Shown here: piece after piece, positions 1-11,324 of the stretch | Layout: each line of letters opens with the position of its first letter | How positions within the stretch are numbered: position 1 is the first letter of the stretch | The notes under the pieces: model-generated | The model's input: the letters and a program-made list of their open reading frames with translations, nothing else | Databases searched by the model: none | Told to the model about the DNA's origin: nothing | From: an uncultured Nitrososphaeraceae archaeon | GTDB taxonomy: Archaea; Thermoproteota; Nitrososphaeria; Nitrososphaerales; Nitrososphaeraceae | Assembly (NCBI GenBank): GCA_963779615.1 | Contig: CAVZZA010000003.1 | Span: forward strand, 512,001 to 576,000 | Direction of reading: 5' to 3' | Length of the DNA stretch: 64,000 bases | Made by a program: the position numbers and the translations under genes

Positions 1-195
1 TTGGAAATGGTGGAAAAAGGAAAGCACAGTCAATCATGAAAAAATACAGGAGGAGATAATAGACATATGGCATTTTTTGATCCAACTATCCATAGAGTCG
101 GGCCTGGATTCCAAAAAGGTAATGGAAAAATACATGGAAAAAAACGAGGAAAACGTAAAAAGGCAGCTAAATGGGTACTGATTTATAAAAAAGGA

Positions 196-594
196 TCATC
201 CAAGCAACTCCACCTCATCGTAAAGTCCCTCGACGGCCAGAACAAACAAGTCATCCTCAAATATCAACAACCAATCGCTGACTCCCACGACAGGCAGTTT
301 TCTCACCAATACCCTTGAATCCTTTAGCATAGTCTTTATGTATACATGCGAAGGCATATCCTTGCTATCGCTCTTCAGGCGACACAGGTCTTTTTGCAAT
401 TTCACACCCCTTTTCCCACCCTGTATGTTGAGCTTTCTTGTGATACCATCCCTATCCACTATTTCGGATGTAACATAGCTTTGACCGATATCAAAATCAA
501 GGGAAAAGGAAATCTTTATTTTTGACAGGTTGCTGTTTGGGATTTCCTTAAACAGGATTCTGGATTCCTCATCGAAAAAAACCTTATCTTTCAT
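196..594 (-). CDS. hypothetical protein (132 aa)
   Basis: Clean ATG ORF with protein-like composition and a TATA-like tttattaa upstream; no family recognised. Confidence 0.7.
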   Translation of the reverse strand: MKDKVFFDEESRILFKEIPNSNLSKIKISFSLDFDIGQSYVTSEIVDRDGITRKLNIQGGKRGVKLQKDLCRLKSDSKDMPSHVYIKTMLKDSRVLVRKLPVVGVSDWLLIFEDDLFVLAVEGLYDEVELLG

Positions 595-1058
595 AAATCC
601 ATATGATGTTGAGTTAATTTATTAAAACTTTTCATAGCACATCTACTTTTCAGATTCAAGCCCGACTAGAAGGTTATATTTAACCGCGTAAAAACAAGAA
701 CAAGAGCAAGAACAAAAATAACTGATTTGTCCTGGCGGTGATTTCTTTTCTACAAAATTAGGTTGTGATGACCATCAGGGTTATTACACCAAAAAGGCTT
801 TCATCCAAACAACAAATTAACGAATTTTGTGTTTTTTAGTTGGTTAGCAGATGTTTTTGGGATATGCGCACATTGCAGTGTTTTTAGAGTCGATGAACAA
901 CACTGTCATCCATGGTCCGATAGGTTTCAATTTCTTGAGGATATTTTCACGGACATGCAAAAATCAAAAAGACCAATATCGCATAACATCTTACTCGATC
1001 AAAACAAACCCCCTTTCACTAATTAACAATATAACTTTGTCTTGATATTGCAACCTGT

Positions 1059-1661
1059 ATGTCCCAAGGTATTGGAGGACCTATCAACAATTATGAAAAA
1101 ATCATAATCGAGATTGGGTCAGGAGACGGCAGGCTATTAACCAATCTGGCAAATCTCTACGATAAAGGGAATACCCTTTTGATAGGCATAGAGATAGACC
1201 AGTCCCAATATACCAACTCGTGTGTCAGAATAAAGGGAAGAGAGAGAAAAAACACCATACAGTTTGTCAATGAACCATTTGAAAATGTATTGGCAGGTTT
1301 TCAAGACAACACAATAGACACCGTGATATCCGTTTTGCCGCACCCCAACTACATAGACAAGTCAAATCAGGACATGTGGATACCAATTTATAAGACCATT
1401 ATAGGCAAAATGAAAGTCCACGGCGATTTCATACTGGTAACTGAAATAATTGACGAGCTGCTTCAGCCTGTCTCACCATCCAACTACAGGGTTTGGAAAA
1501 AATGGCTTGCTGAAACCTTTAGTTCAATTGGTTTTGACTTGCTTACAGTTATTGATGATGGAGCCCCCTCCTGCTTTTCCTCACACTATCTGGATAAGTT
1601 TATGGATGACCCAGAAAGGATAAGAATCATGACTCTCGTGTTGACAAAAAAACAAACATAG
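1059..1661 (+). CDS. class I SAM-dependent methyltransferase (TrmB-like)
   Basis: Motif I IIEIGSGDG followed by LIGIEID; substrate not determinable. Confidence 0.8.
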   Translation: MSQGIGGPINNYEKIIIEIGSGDGRLLTNLANLYDKGNTLLIGIEIDQSQYTNSCVRIKGRERKNTIQFVNEPFENVLAGFQDNTIDTVISVLPHPNYIDKSNQDMWIPIYKTIIGKMKVHGDFILVTEIIDELLQPVSPSNYRVWKKWLAETFSSIGFDLLTVIDDGAPSCFSSHYLDKFMDDPERIRIMTLVLTKKQT

Positions 1662-1907
1662 CAGTTCCACACCAACATCCTCACTCTACCTACCCAGTTA
1701 ACCTTTCATTTTCTATCCAAAAGACAACAAATCAGCGATGTGCTTTTAATTTTAAATCCCGTTACTAAACTAGAATATTTAGTGTGTTTTTACCATAGAG
1801 TTTATCAATAGCAAACAAGGAAATAAAAAACAGTATAGATTCTAGGAACATAAAAAAAATTTTTATGTTTGCGTTAAACACCCTTTTATCCCGAATCAAA
1901 CAATAAT

Positions 1908-2090
1908 TTATTTGAAATTACTTTGCCGTTTTGTTAATTTTTGTTCCCTGTTCAATACTATCATTATAAGAACGGGAAAGACAAAACCCATCAGAAGCAA
2001 CACCTGGATTGTAATCGCCACAAAGAAACCCATCATAATCAACCAAACATAACAAATTGTAATTATATAGTCATAGGTACTCTTTAGCAT
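1908..2090 (-). CDS. small membrane protein
   Basis: 60-aa ATG ORF with a long hydrophobic stretch and a basic tail. Confidence 0.4.
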   Translation of the reverse strand: MLKSTYDYIITICYVWLIMMGFFVAITIQVLLLMGFVFPVLIMIVLNREQKLTKRQSNFK

Positions 2091-2501
2091 TTGTTATAAT
2101 TTACCCTACACTCGATAGATAATAAAATTCTATAGTAATGTTGTTTGGTGAAAAAACACATGCACCATTGCCCATCTTTGTTGTTGTGGTGCAGCACATC
2201 CATTAGTTTTGCAGTTTTGAACCCACATACAACCATAGCGATGCAAAACCATCACCCTCAAGGGACCGAAAACCATTTTTATTTTGTTCATCAAGTAAAG
2301 ATCCGGACCAAATTGCAAATCAAAAGCAAAACATCAATTATTTGCTTCACTCAAGTAACACAGGTAACAAACAAAATGGAAAAACCACAACAAAACAAAG
2401 ATGAATCAACACCAAACACCATTGACAAAGCCATCATGAAAAAATGTAATTAAACCCATTTTCAAAATAAAAAGTTTATTTACAAAAAAGAGTACAACTA
2501 C

Positions 2502-2954
2502 ATGCATACACTGATGTCCTTTTCCCCACCCTCCAGCAAATTCCCCCAACCACTTCTCATTTACGATGACAAATGCTCATCATGTACGAAATTTGCTAAG
2601 GCTGCAGAAAAGCTATCCAGGGGATGGATACGCATTGCAGGTCACTATTTTTCACAAGAAGCAATAGACACAAAGAAAATGGTTTTTCCTCCCGACTATG
2701 ATCCAACAAAAATGTTTTGGCTAATCAACAAGAAAGGCGCCTACGGGGCTCGATCAGGCCTCTTTCAGACCATAATGGAAATCATCAGAGGGAATTTCAA
2801 AGGCATGTCAAAAAGCAAACACGTGAAAGACTATGACGGCAAAGTAGCAACAACAGAATGCAACTACAGCGACAAGGAATCATGCATGTCTACAAGAACC
2901 ACACTAAACCGCATGTGCAGCATGATGAGAAACAGTGACAAGTTTGATTTTTGA
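2502..2954 (+). CDS. DCC1-like (DUF393) thiol-disulfide oxidoreductase family protein
   Basis: N-terminal LIYDDKCSSC matches the DxxCxxC signature. Confidence 0.7.
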   Translation: MHTLMSFSPPSSKFPQPLLIYDDKCSSCTKFAKAAEKLSRGWIRIAGHYFSQEAIDTKKMVFPPDYDPTKMFWLINKKGAYGARSGLFQTIMEIIRGNFKGMSKSKHVKDYDGKVATTECNYSDKESCMSTRTTLNRMCSMMRNSDKFDF

Positions 2955-3398
2955 TTTTTGGCGGACATGCCACACATCAAACCAACAACACTACCGTGAC
3001 ACAGTAGCAACTTGGTCTCCCACAGAACAAACAAAGTCCAACAACAACCAATTTCGGTAGCACGAGTTTTTTTACCAGATCCCTTCCCTGCTTTATCAAT
3101 GAAAACAAAACAATGTTGTTCAAACAAGGGCTTTCGGCCATAAGCAACACAACCCATTTGTACCCCTTTCCCTGACATGGCCCACAGGTACCAATTACAA
3201 AAACATCAAAAAGCACAACAATTTCATGTTTTTGAGGACAATCACCACGATACTGTCATTATCTCCATTTAATAATTTGCAGATCAAAAAGAGCAACGCT
3301 AAACCTCATATAGAGACAACCTCATTTTTTTGCAAAAAAAAACAGGAAGATGGATATTAATAGATAGCCAATAAAGAATATACAACAAGTAAGACAAG

Positions 3399-4838
3399 TT
3401 GGAGGAATTTGACCTTATAGTTATTGGAGGAGGCTCGGGATTGGATATTGCCAATGCTGCAGCCCAACAGGGCCTCAAAGTGGCAATTATCGAGAAAGGC
3501 AGGCTGGGTGGCACATGCTTGAACAGAGGATGCATACCTTCCAAACTGCTCATACACAGTGCAGACATAGTTGAGACGATAAAAAACGCAGGTGTGTTCG
3601 GCATAAGCGTAAACGGGCTGTCCATAGACTTTCAGAAAATAATGAGCAGGGTCAATGAAATTACCGATGCGGAATCAGATGGAATAAAAGATGGATTGAT
3701 GCAATCAGGCAACCCAAAGCTCTTTGCAAGAGAATGCAGGTTTATAGGCGAAAAAAAAATCGCACTGCTAGCAGAAGGCAAAAAAGACAATGGAGACATT
3801 ATCACTGCCGAAAAAATTGTGGTTGCAGCTGGAGCAAAACCCAAAATACCCAAAATAAACGGCCTCGCGGAATCGGGGTTCATAACAAGCGACGAGGCGT
3901 TGCGCCTTCAAAAACAACCCCGCGCTCTAACGTTTATTGGTGGCGGATATATCGCTTGTGAGCTGGCGCATTTTTTTGGCAGCCTTGGGACCAAAATCAA
4001 CATCATACAAAAAAACAGCCTTTTAATTCCCCATGAGGATAAGGAAATTGCCGAAAAACTCACAGGGATTTTCAGCAAAAAATTCAATGTTTATTTGGGA
4101 TGCGACCCTCAATCAGTTCTCAAAGTCAAAAACAATTGTGATGGTAACGATGGCCCCAATGATGCGATCACTAACGGCAATGATGAAACATTCCGTGTCT
4201 TGGCAACAACTCCTGATGGGGACACCATCAAGATTGATTCGGACAGTCTGATTGTTTCCATAGGAAGGGAACCAAACACCCATTCACTTGATTTGGAAAA
4301 AACGGGGGTCACGGTCAACGAAGGGGGCTTCGTCAAGGTGGATGAATACCTTGAGACGGCAAAGAAAGGGGTTTTTGCGATAGGGGACGTGGTTGGCAAA
4401 TACCAGTTCAAGCACAGCGCAAACCTTGAAGCTCAATACGCATACAACAACCTCATGGACAACAGCAAAAAAATGGCGGTGGACTATACCGCAATGCCAC
4501 GCGCAATTTTCAGCTCACCCCAGGTTGCCGCCGTTGGTTTCACAGAACAGGAGCTAATAGAAAATGGGGTAGACTACCTGAAATCCTCATACCCATACAT
4601 CAAAACAGGCATGGGACAGGCGATAGAGGACAAGGATGGGTTTGTCAAGTTTCTTGTGAACAAGAAGGACAGAAAAATCCTTGGGTGCCACATTCTTGGG
4701 ACAGACGCATCCGTTTTGATTCACGAGGTTTTGGTCATCATGAGATCTGGGGACAATGTGATAGACAACATCCTCTACACAGTGCACATTCACCCATCCC
4801 TTTCAGAGGTAATAGCAAGGGGGGCCGGCACCATCTAG
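3399..4838 (+). CDS. pyridine nucleotide-disulfide oxidoreductase (dihydrolipoamide dehydrogenase/mycothione reductase-like)
   Basis: FAD motif VIGGGSG, redox CLNRGC, NAD(P) motif IGGGYIACE, C-terminal HPSLSE. Confidence 0.92.
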   Translation: MEEFDLIVIGGGSGLDIANAAAQQGLKVAIIEKGRLGGTCLNRGCIPSKLLIHSADIVETIKNAGVFGISVNGLSIDFQKIMSRVNEITDAESDGIKDGLMQSGNPKLFARECRFIGEKKIALLAEGKKDNGDIITAEKIVVAAGAKPKIPKINGLAESGFITSDEALRLQKQPRALTFIGGGYIACELAHFFGSLGTKINIIQKNSLLIPHEDKEIAEKLTGIFSKKFNVYLGCDPQSVLKVKNNCDGNDGPNDAITNGNDETFRVLATTPDGDTIKIDSDSLIVSIGREPNTHSLDLEKTGVTVNEGGFVKVDEYLETAKKGVFAIGDVVGKYQFKHSANLEAQYAYNNLMDNSKKMAVDYTAMPRAIFSSPQVAAVGFTEQELIENGVDYLKSSYPYIKTGMGQAIEDKDGFVKFLVNKKDRKILGCHILGTDASVLIHEVLVIMRSGDNVIDNILYTVHIHPSLSEVIARGAGTI

Positions 4839-4919
4839 GAAAAAGTCAGTCTCCCAGGCAAACGGTCATTTTTTCATCCTTTTTGTGCACCTGTAAACTC
4901 AAGGCATCCTTTTGAAGTA

Positions 4920-6722
4920 TTGCATTTGATGTCCAATAAGCTTTTATACCAACACGCAAAGATTCTGCTGTACAATTTGACAAAACCCAATCCGGAGCAA
5001 AATACTGAATGTTTCAAGCCTTCTGCCAGATCAGGCATTTTGATTGCAGGAAGGTTATTTACACCCCACCCATTTATCATTGCGTCAATCCTAATCCTAT
5101 CCACAATAACAGTTTCAGCAACCACCAGCGTTACCGCAACAGCTCAACAAAACGTTCCCAGAATTACACATGGTATAGCAAGCGGCGATGTGACAAACCA
5201 CAGTGCGGTGATATGGTCAAGGTCAGATGGAGACTCGATGATGAACGTCAAATATGACACAAACCCAAATTTCACCAATCCAACTTTATCCAATGGCTCC
5301 GTTTTGGTCAGTAAAACCACAGGTTACACAGGACAGGTAAAACTGGACAACCTAAAGCCAAATTCCCAATACTACTATCAGGTGTGGCTCTCAGACCCAA
5401 ACAATAAGAGTGCCTTATCTGAAACATCCCCAACTGGCCTGTTTCACACAGCACCTGATACCCTTCACCAAAAAGAGGCCATCAGTTTTGTGGTGGGCGG
5501 AGACCTAGGCGGTCAAAACTATTGCAAAAGGGTTGACCTTGGATACCCGATTTTTTCAGTCATCAAGGCACTGTCCCCTGACTTTTTCATATTCAACGGG
5601 GACCAGGTTTATGCGGATGGCGACTGCAAAGCCAAAGGCCCAGATGATGCTACCGGGTGGCACAACATACCAGGAAACTTTTCAAGTGTATTAGACAAGA
5701 ATGTGAACTGGAGTGACGCGAACAAGGTGCGCGAAACATATGAAAAGCACTGGGACTACAACAGGGCAGACAACCACCTGCAGGGCTTGTTGAGCAACAC
5801 CTCCCTTTATTCGCAAGCAGATGACCACGAGGTCATCAACAACTACGGGGGGAACTGGTCTAACTGGAGCAACCAGACAAATGACAGGGAGGGATTCAAG
5901 AACCTGGCAAAGGCTGGAATAGAAACTTTTTTTGACTACTCCCCGATAGACAAAAAGAACAAGGCCTATCCAGAGCACATTTACCGCAACTTTAGCTGGG
6001 GAAAGGACATGGATCTCTTTATCTTGGATGCTCACACATACAGGGACAGAAACGATCTCCCGCAAATTTCAGGTATTATCAACAGCAATAACACCAACAT
6101 CAAAAATCCATTAGGTGCAGATACCAACACCACCACTGCTACCGACAGTTCCCCAACCAACACTTTTAACAAAACACTGTTGGGCAAGGAGCAGCTTCAA
6201 TGGCTGGAGCATGGGTTGCAAAGGTCCAACGCCACCTGGAAAATAGTCTCAAATGATGACCCCATTTTCATTCCAGAGTGCCGGACCTTTGACCAATTTT
6301 CCCCTCTGGGCTGCGACAACTGGGCAACTGACGGAAACACCACGTTGAACTTTGTGAACGAGAGAAACGGATTTCTCAAGTTTCTGGATGACAACAGGAT
6401 TGACAACGTTGTGTTCATCACCACCGACGTTCATTTTCCGGCCAACATAGTGCTGAGTCAGGACTTTAACAGTGACGGTAACAACCTCACCTTGCATGAA
6501 CTTGTAAGCGGACCAATCAGTGCATGGGGACCAGCTAGGGCAGATCCCCTGGACCCGACAGTTAATGCAAAATACCTCTACAACGAGGTCAAGATATTCA
6601 ATTTTGGGTACTACAAGGTTCAGAAAAACACAGTGGACGGGAAGGCTCACTTTATCTCCGAGATACGCGGTGCAGATGGCTTAACAAGGCCCGGCTCCCA
6701 ACTGGATTTGACACCCCAATAA
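4920..6722 (+). CDS. phoD: alkaline phosphatase D family protein, secreted (true start may be downstream)
   Basis: HGIASGDV, NGDQVYAD, DDHEV, LDAHTYR, LLGKEQLQWL and TDVH motifs; hydrophobic signal-like segment. Confidence 0.9.
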   Translation: MHLMSNKLLYQHAKILLYNLTKPNPEQNTECFKPSARSGILIAGRLFTPHPFIIASILILSTITVSATTSVTATAQQNVPRITHGIASGDVTNHSAVIWSRSDGDSMMNVKYDTNPNFTNPTLSNGSVLVSKTTGYTGQVKLDNLKPNSQYYYQVWLSDPNNKSALSETSPTGLFHTAPDTLHQKEAISFVVGGDLGGQNYCKRVDLGYPIFSVIKALSPDFFIFNGDQVYADGDCKAKGPDDATGWHNIPGNFSSVLDKNVNWSDANKVRETYEKHWDYNRADNHLQGLLSNTSLYSQADDHEVINNYGGNWSNWSNQTNDREGFKNLAKAGIETFFDYSPIDKKNKAYPEHIYRNFSWGKDMDLFILDAHTYRDRNDLPQISGIINSNNTNIKNPLGADTNTTTATDSSPTNTFNKTLLGKEQLQWLEHGLQRSNATWKIVSNDDPIFIPECRTFDQFSPLGCDNWATDGNTTLNFVNERNGFLKFLDDNRIDNVVFITTDVHFPANIVLSQDFNSDGNNLTLHELVSGPISAWGPARADPLDPTVNAKYLYNEVKIFNFGYYKVQKNTVDGKAHFISEIRGADGLTRPGSQLDLTPQ

Positions 6723-6789
6723 ATGGGGAAAAGAAGAATTTTCTCTTCATACAAATATTTAAAATTTCTGTTACTGTCATAGGAACCAG

Positions 6790-7320
6790 ACTCGAATAAA
6801 ATTGATTTATCTCCAACACATTCACTGCATTGGTTTAAAACATGATCAACTATATTTCATTTTCTTGCAGCTATCATGTACTTTTTCATCTGTAACCTCT
6901 AAATCAAGTATATCCATGGTTTTATATTTACTGCTGTAACACGGGTTTTAAGTAGTATTTTTTCTTATTTTATACATTCCATTCACCATACATCCACAGG
7001 CCTCTTTTCGTTACCTTAATTCCTACACTATCTACCACTATAACAATATCATCGTCATTATCAGCATCATTCAATCAACCGTTGCTGTTACATATTTTCA
7101 GAACGTCATATTTTCTGCCAATCTACAAATAACTTGGATTAACTGACAAGTTTTTACCTTTGACTTTTATGATACTTTCTTGGGTTTGTCTATGCGGTAG
7201 TTGAAGGTTAACCATGACCTAATCAATAAATAAAACAAAAGAATCAATATATAGGTAATATCTGTAGCCTTCCATATTTTCATGCATCTTTTAAATCTTG
7301 TCATGCCAACATACATCTAG
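6790..7320 (-). pseudogene. decayed IS5-family (IS903-like) transposase fragment
   Basis: Minus-strand pieces DIVIVVDSVGIKVTKRGLWM and LEVTDEKVHD align with AIDITGINVTNRGQWL and IKVTGEQVHN of the 10113-11009 transposase; many stops and frameshifts. Confidence 0.7.
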
Positions 7321-7918
7321 AAAAGCAAATTAAAAATCACCCCGCCGCTCAGGCGAATCGTTACTGAAGGCCATTGCATCACAAATGGCGGATTAACCTT
7401 ACCCCCTCTAAACAGATTGAGTTATACAACAAAACAAAATAAACAATCAGAAAATCAATAAACAGTTCAGAGCTAGAAGGCTGTCATCATTACTGCTTGC
7501 AAAATAGGGTAGGCACCACTAAATAAAAACTTTTTTGACCACCAACACAAAGAAAAATGAAAAAGGCAAGAATTTGCAGCAAATCGACACAAGGAAAAAA
7601 ATATTTATCTATTATTTGTTTATTTTAGCATGCAGAATTAATATTTCAGTAATTTTAAATTTTATCATGTTACCAAAACTCAATGCACTTTGCCAACTAT
7701 TTTTTAAAAACAAAAGTTATACAGAAATGGCATTTAGACGTTTATTTGTTACACATTCACAAGAAACTCCAAATCTGGAGGATCAATCAGTCTTAATTTA
7801 AAGAATAGGTGTTTTCAAAAAATTCATTATTTTGAACATAAATCCATTTCTAATCCACTTTTGGCATTAAATCCAAATTAAAAGTATATAAACAAAGGCA
7901 TATCTAAATGGGTTATTC

Positions 7919-10015
7919 ATGTTCAATTTTCTCAATTTTAATACCAAAAATATAGTTACTCTACACATCATCATTATTTTCTTGGCAGTTTTTAGTAACT
8001 CTTGCAGCATTTATGGCCAAAACAATCAAAACCAAACTGATAAAGATAAAATAAAAAATTTAACTGAATCCAACAAGATCCTACAATTAAGGTTAAATGA
8101 AAGTGACAGACAATCACCTAACCAAAGTATACCAATTAACACACAAATCATCAACAGTAATCCGAACAATAACACAGGCGCTCTTGGTCCACCTGTTGGG
8201 AATGTAACTGATCTATTTGGAGATGTCGGCCTATGGCTCCCAGTATATTTCTTAACAATAGTCGCCATAACTATGATGATACCGTTAGTAATCGACATGA
8301 TCTTGGCATATAAACGGAATTCAAAAGGAGAAAAGGTAAACCTAAAGCGCCCGCCTATTGGGATGGAAGGATTGTATAGGACCTTGATGACCTTTGGGGT
8401 CGTACTATTAGCTGGTATAGTACTCTTATATCTTCTCCTATTGATTACCGTATACAATAACCAGGCACTCATCGACACGTTAAGAAATCTTTCGACCATA
8501 TTAGGAACTGGACTGGCAACAATAATCGCATTCTATTTTGGAACAAGGGGATCTGAAAGTGCAGTTGAGAAAGCCGCAAAAAGACTGGCACCCCCAGGAA
8601 CAATAGGGGATTTGTCCATTCCTTCGGTAATAAAGACAAAACCAGTTGATGATTTAAAAAATGTTCCTATTAAAACAGACATTTATGCCAAATTTAGCGA
8701 GCCAATGGATATCACCTCTATCAATAAAGGCACTTTCACTATTATTGATTCAAATAACAACGTTGTTGATGGAGAAGTCAGTTTTATTGAAAATAACACA
8801 AAGGCATTATTCAAGGTAACAAACAAAAGTCAAAGCCTAGACCCAGGTACTGACTATACAGCTACTATCGAGTCAGAAGTAACAGATGTAGAAGGCAATC
8901 CCATGTATGAAGACAAAATATGGAGCTTTACCACCAAGGGGGAAGAACCGCCGAGCCCCGATGACAAAAATCCAGCCATACCAAAGGAATCAAAAAAACC
9001 CTCAGAGGGTCAGGTGGATGTTGAATTAAACCCTGCGGAGATTTCCTTTACATTTGACAAGGACATGGATAAAGGCACCATTACATCCACAACTATTCAG
9101 TTTTTAGAAAAGGGTATTGTGTTAGCACAAACACCCGATATCAAGTTTGATGAAGCAGGCAAGAGAAAAGTTACCATAGATCCCAAAAAAAGCCTTTCTC
9201 CAAAGACACAATACACAATCAAGGTTGGCCCAGGTGTAAAAGACACAACCGGAAAGCCATTGGAAAGTGAACAAAGTTGGAGCTTTACCACCAAGGGGGA
9301 AGAACCGCCGAGCCCCGATGACAAAAATCCAGCCATACCAAAGGAATCAAAAAAACCCTCAGAGGGTCAGGTGGATGTTGAATTAAACCCTGCGGAGATT
9401 TCCTTTACATTTGACAAGGACATGGATAAAGGCACCATTACATCCACAACTATTCAGTTTTTAGAAAAGGGTATTGTGTTAGCACAAACACCCGATATCA
9501 AGTTTGATGAAGCAGGCAAGAGAAAAGTTACCATAGATCCCAAAAAAAGCCTTTCTCCAAAGACACAATACACAATCAAGGTTGGCCCAGGTGTAAAAGA
9601 CACAACCGGAAAGCCATTGGAAAGTGAACAAAGTTGGAGCTTTACCACCAAGGGGGAAGAACCGCCGAGCCCCGATGACAAAAATCCAGCCATACCAAAG
9701 GAATCAAAAAAACCCTCAGAGGGTCAGGTGGATGTTGAATTAAACCCTGCGGAGATTTCCTTTACATTTGACAAGGACATGGATAAAGGCACCATCAATA
9801 TAGCAAATATCCAAGCCTTTGAAAACACCAAACTACTAACAGCATTAGAATATGACATCAACGTAGATTCAACGGACAAGAAGAAAATCATCTTAAGCCT
9901 GAAGAGGCAACTCAATCCAAAGACACAATACACAATCAAGGTTGGCCCAGGTGTAAAAGACACAACCGGAAAGCCATTGGAAAGTGAACAAAGTTGGAGC
10001 TTTACCACTAAATAA
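7919..10015 (+). CDS. membrane-anchored protein with four SbsA/Big_5-type Ig-like domains
   Basis: Signal-like N-terminus, three TM-like segments, then repeats with F(S/D)(E/K)xMD, LxPxTxYT, VxDxxG and WSFTT. Confidence 0.85.
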   Translation: MFNFLNFNTKNIVTLHIIIIFLAVFSNSCSIYGQNNQNQTDKDKIKNLTESNKILQLRLNESDRQSPNQSIPINTQIINSNPNNNTGALGPPVGNVTDLFGDVGLWLPVYFLTIVAITMMIPLVIDMILAYKRNSKGEKVNLKRPPIGMEGLYRTLMTFGVVLLAGIVLLYLLLLITVYNNQALIDTLRNLSTILGTGLATIIAFYFGTRGSESAVEKAAKRLAPPGTIGDLSIPSVIKTKPVDDLKNVPIKTDIYAKFSEPMDITSINKGTFTIIDSNNNVVDGEVSFIENNTKALFKVTNKSQSLDPGTDYTATIESEVTDVEGNPMYEDKIWSFTTKGEEPPSPDDKNPAIPKESKKPSEGQVDVELNPAEISFTFDKDMDKGTITSTTIQFLEKGIVLAQTPDIKFDEAGKRKVTIDPKKSLSPKTQYTIKVGPGVKDTTGKPLESEQSWSFTTKGEEPPSPDDKNPAIPKESKKPSEGQVDVELNPAEISFTFDKDMDKGTITSTTIQFLEKGIVLAQTPDIKFDEAGKRKVTIDPKKSLSPKTQYTIKVGPGVKDTTGKPLESEQSWSFTTKGEEPPSPDDKNPAIPKESKKPSEGQVDVELNPAEISFTFDKDMDKGTINIANIQAFENTKLLTALEYDINVDSTDKKKIILSLKRQLNPKTQYTIKVGPGVKDTTGKPLESEQSWSFTTK
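8921..10008 (+). repeat. 357-bp tandem repeat (3 Ig-domain units)
   Basis: tggagctttaccac at 8921, 9278, 9635 and 9995; units 1 and 2 appear identical, unit 3 has a divergent core. Confidence 0.95.
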
Positions 10016-10062
10016 AGAGAGACACCACCAGTCCAATCCTTTTGATATCAATAAAAACACAT

Positions 10063-11069
10063 TGCTTTGCTGCATGATTCTCAAAATTTTGCGATTCTAT
10101 TATATATTTTGTCTAAATGGATATTGTTTTGTTGTATAGTGACGCTTTTAACGCCATTTCTTTCACCATGTTTTCAAACTTTACTGAATAAACATACTCT
10201 CCAAACATCCTCTTTATAGATGAGAATACCGTTTCTACAATCCATCTCTTTCCATAGCTTACGCTATCCTTCCATTTTTGCAATTCATTTTTCTGGTCTA
10301 TGACTAACAGGTTTCTAAGGATATATTCAGTTTTTAGTCGAACTCTGGAATTCTTTCTTAGTTTGATACAAGGTATGACTCCATTGTCCGACAGACATCT
10401 AAAAACATCAATACTGTCATAGGCACCATCAGAAAATAGTTTGCCGACTGCGGCTGTTATTTTTCTATTTGGTTTTATGACATCAACAACCAATTCCAGT
10501 AACGTTTTGCCATTATGAACTTGCTCACCGGTTACCTTAATGGAGAGAATTTTCTTGCTCGTGATGTTGACTGATATGTGGATTTTCAAATATCCTTTTT
10601 TTACATGCCATTTATTACTTAACCATTGGCCTCTGTTCGTAACATTGATTCCTGTAATGTCTATTGCAATGACAAGGTAATTTTCTTTGAATTCCTTGCT
10701 ATCGTTATCTTCTACTTTGATGTCTAACCTGTTTATTCTCCTGCTAATTGTACTGTAGTCCGGGATAGAGGGTACTTTTCCTTTACCATGTCCTTGTGCA
10801 ATTCCTTCTTTGGTTTGCCGATAGGGAAGGTGAAAGTACGCTTTGGCATACCCAAGTAAAAGAAGAAATTTGTCGGGACAGTGAAATGGCTCTCCAACCT
10901 TGTCTTTGTTCATCTCTTTTAACTCCATATACCAATTGTCAATAACGTCAAACCCCAGCAGTATTTCACCACGTATGATCTGAGATTGGTTGTAGTTTGA
11001 CCATTTCACTTGGTTTATTGAAAGATGTCAGCTAACTGTATTTGGAAAAAGGAATCATGCAACAAAGCA
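10063..11069 (-). mobile_element. IS5-family (IS903 group) insertion sequence
   Basis: TIRs tgctttgctgcatgattc and gaatcatgcaacaaagca, resembling the IS903 end GGCTTTGTTG; flanks aaaaacaca/aaaaataca are a possible degraded TSD. Confidence 0.88.
10113..11009 (-). CDS. IS5/IS903-group DDE transposase
   Basis: PDYSTISRR, AIDITG, DGAYDS and YGKRWIVETVFSSIK motifs. Confidence 0.9.
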   Translation of the reverse strand: MKWSNYNQSQIIRGEILLGFDVIDNWYMELKEMNKDKVGEPFHCPDKFLLLLGYAKAYFHLPYRQTKEGIAQGHGKGKVPSIPDYSTISRRINRLDIKVEDNDSKEFKENYLVIAIDITGINVTNRGQWLSNKWHVKKGYLKIHISVNITSKKILSIKVTGEQVHNGKTLLELVVDVIKPNRKITAAVGKLFSDGAYDSIDVFRCLSDNGVIPCIKLRKNSRVRLKTEYILRNLLVIDQKNELQKWKDSVSYGKRWIVETVFSSIKRMFGEYVYSVKFENMVKEMALKASLYNKTISI

Positions 11070-11192
11070 AAAAATACAACACTTTTTTTTAAATCAAACA
11101 TATAAAAAACTTGACCATAAAAATATTATTTAACAAAGACGATAGTTAATAATGACAAGATTTAAGCTGAAAATTTAGACGGATCAATTATT

Positions 11193-11206
11193 AAAACATA
11201 TATAAA
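11193..11206 (+). promoter_or_regulatory. putative archaeal BRE/TATA box for tRNA-Ala
   Basis: aaaaca-tatataaa about 45 bp upstream of the tRNA. Confidence 0.4.
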
Positions 11207-11249
11207 TTATTGTAAACGACATAGAAGATGCAATAGAAAGGTAAAACAA

Positions 11250-11324
11250 GGGCTGATGGTTCAGCTTGGCACGAACGTTCGATTCGCAATCGAAAAATCG
11301 CGGGTTCAAATCCCGCTCAGTCCA
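11250..11324 (+). tRNA. tRNA-Ala: tRNA-Ala(CGC), no intron, CCA not encoded
   Basis: Cloverleaf: acceptor GGGCTGA/TCAGTCC with the G3:U70 alanine identity pair, D stem GTTC/GAAC, anticodon stem TTCGA/TCGAA with loop TTCGCAA, T arm GCGGG-TTCAAAT-CCCGC, discriminator A. Confidence 0.97.

Noticed and set aside
7341-7400. ccgctcag and a GC-rich patch as an att site or ncRNA
   Set aside because: Only an 8-bp match, upstream of the tRNA, and no convincing fold or family recognisable by eye.
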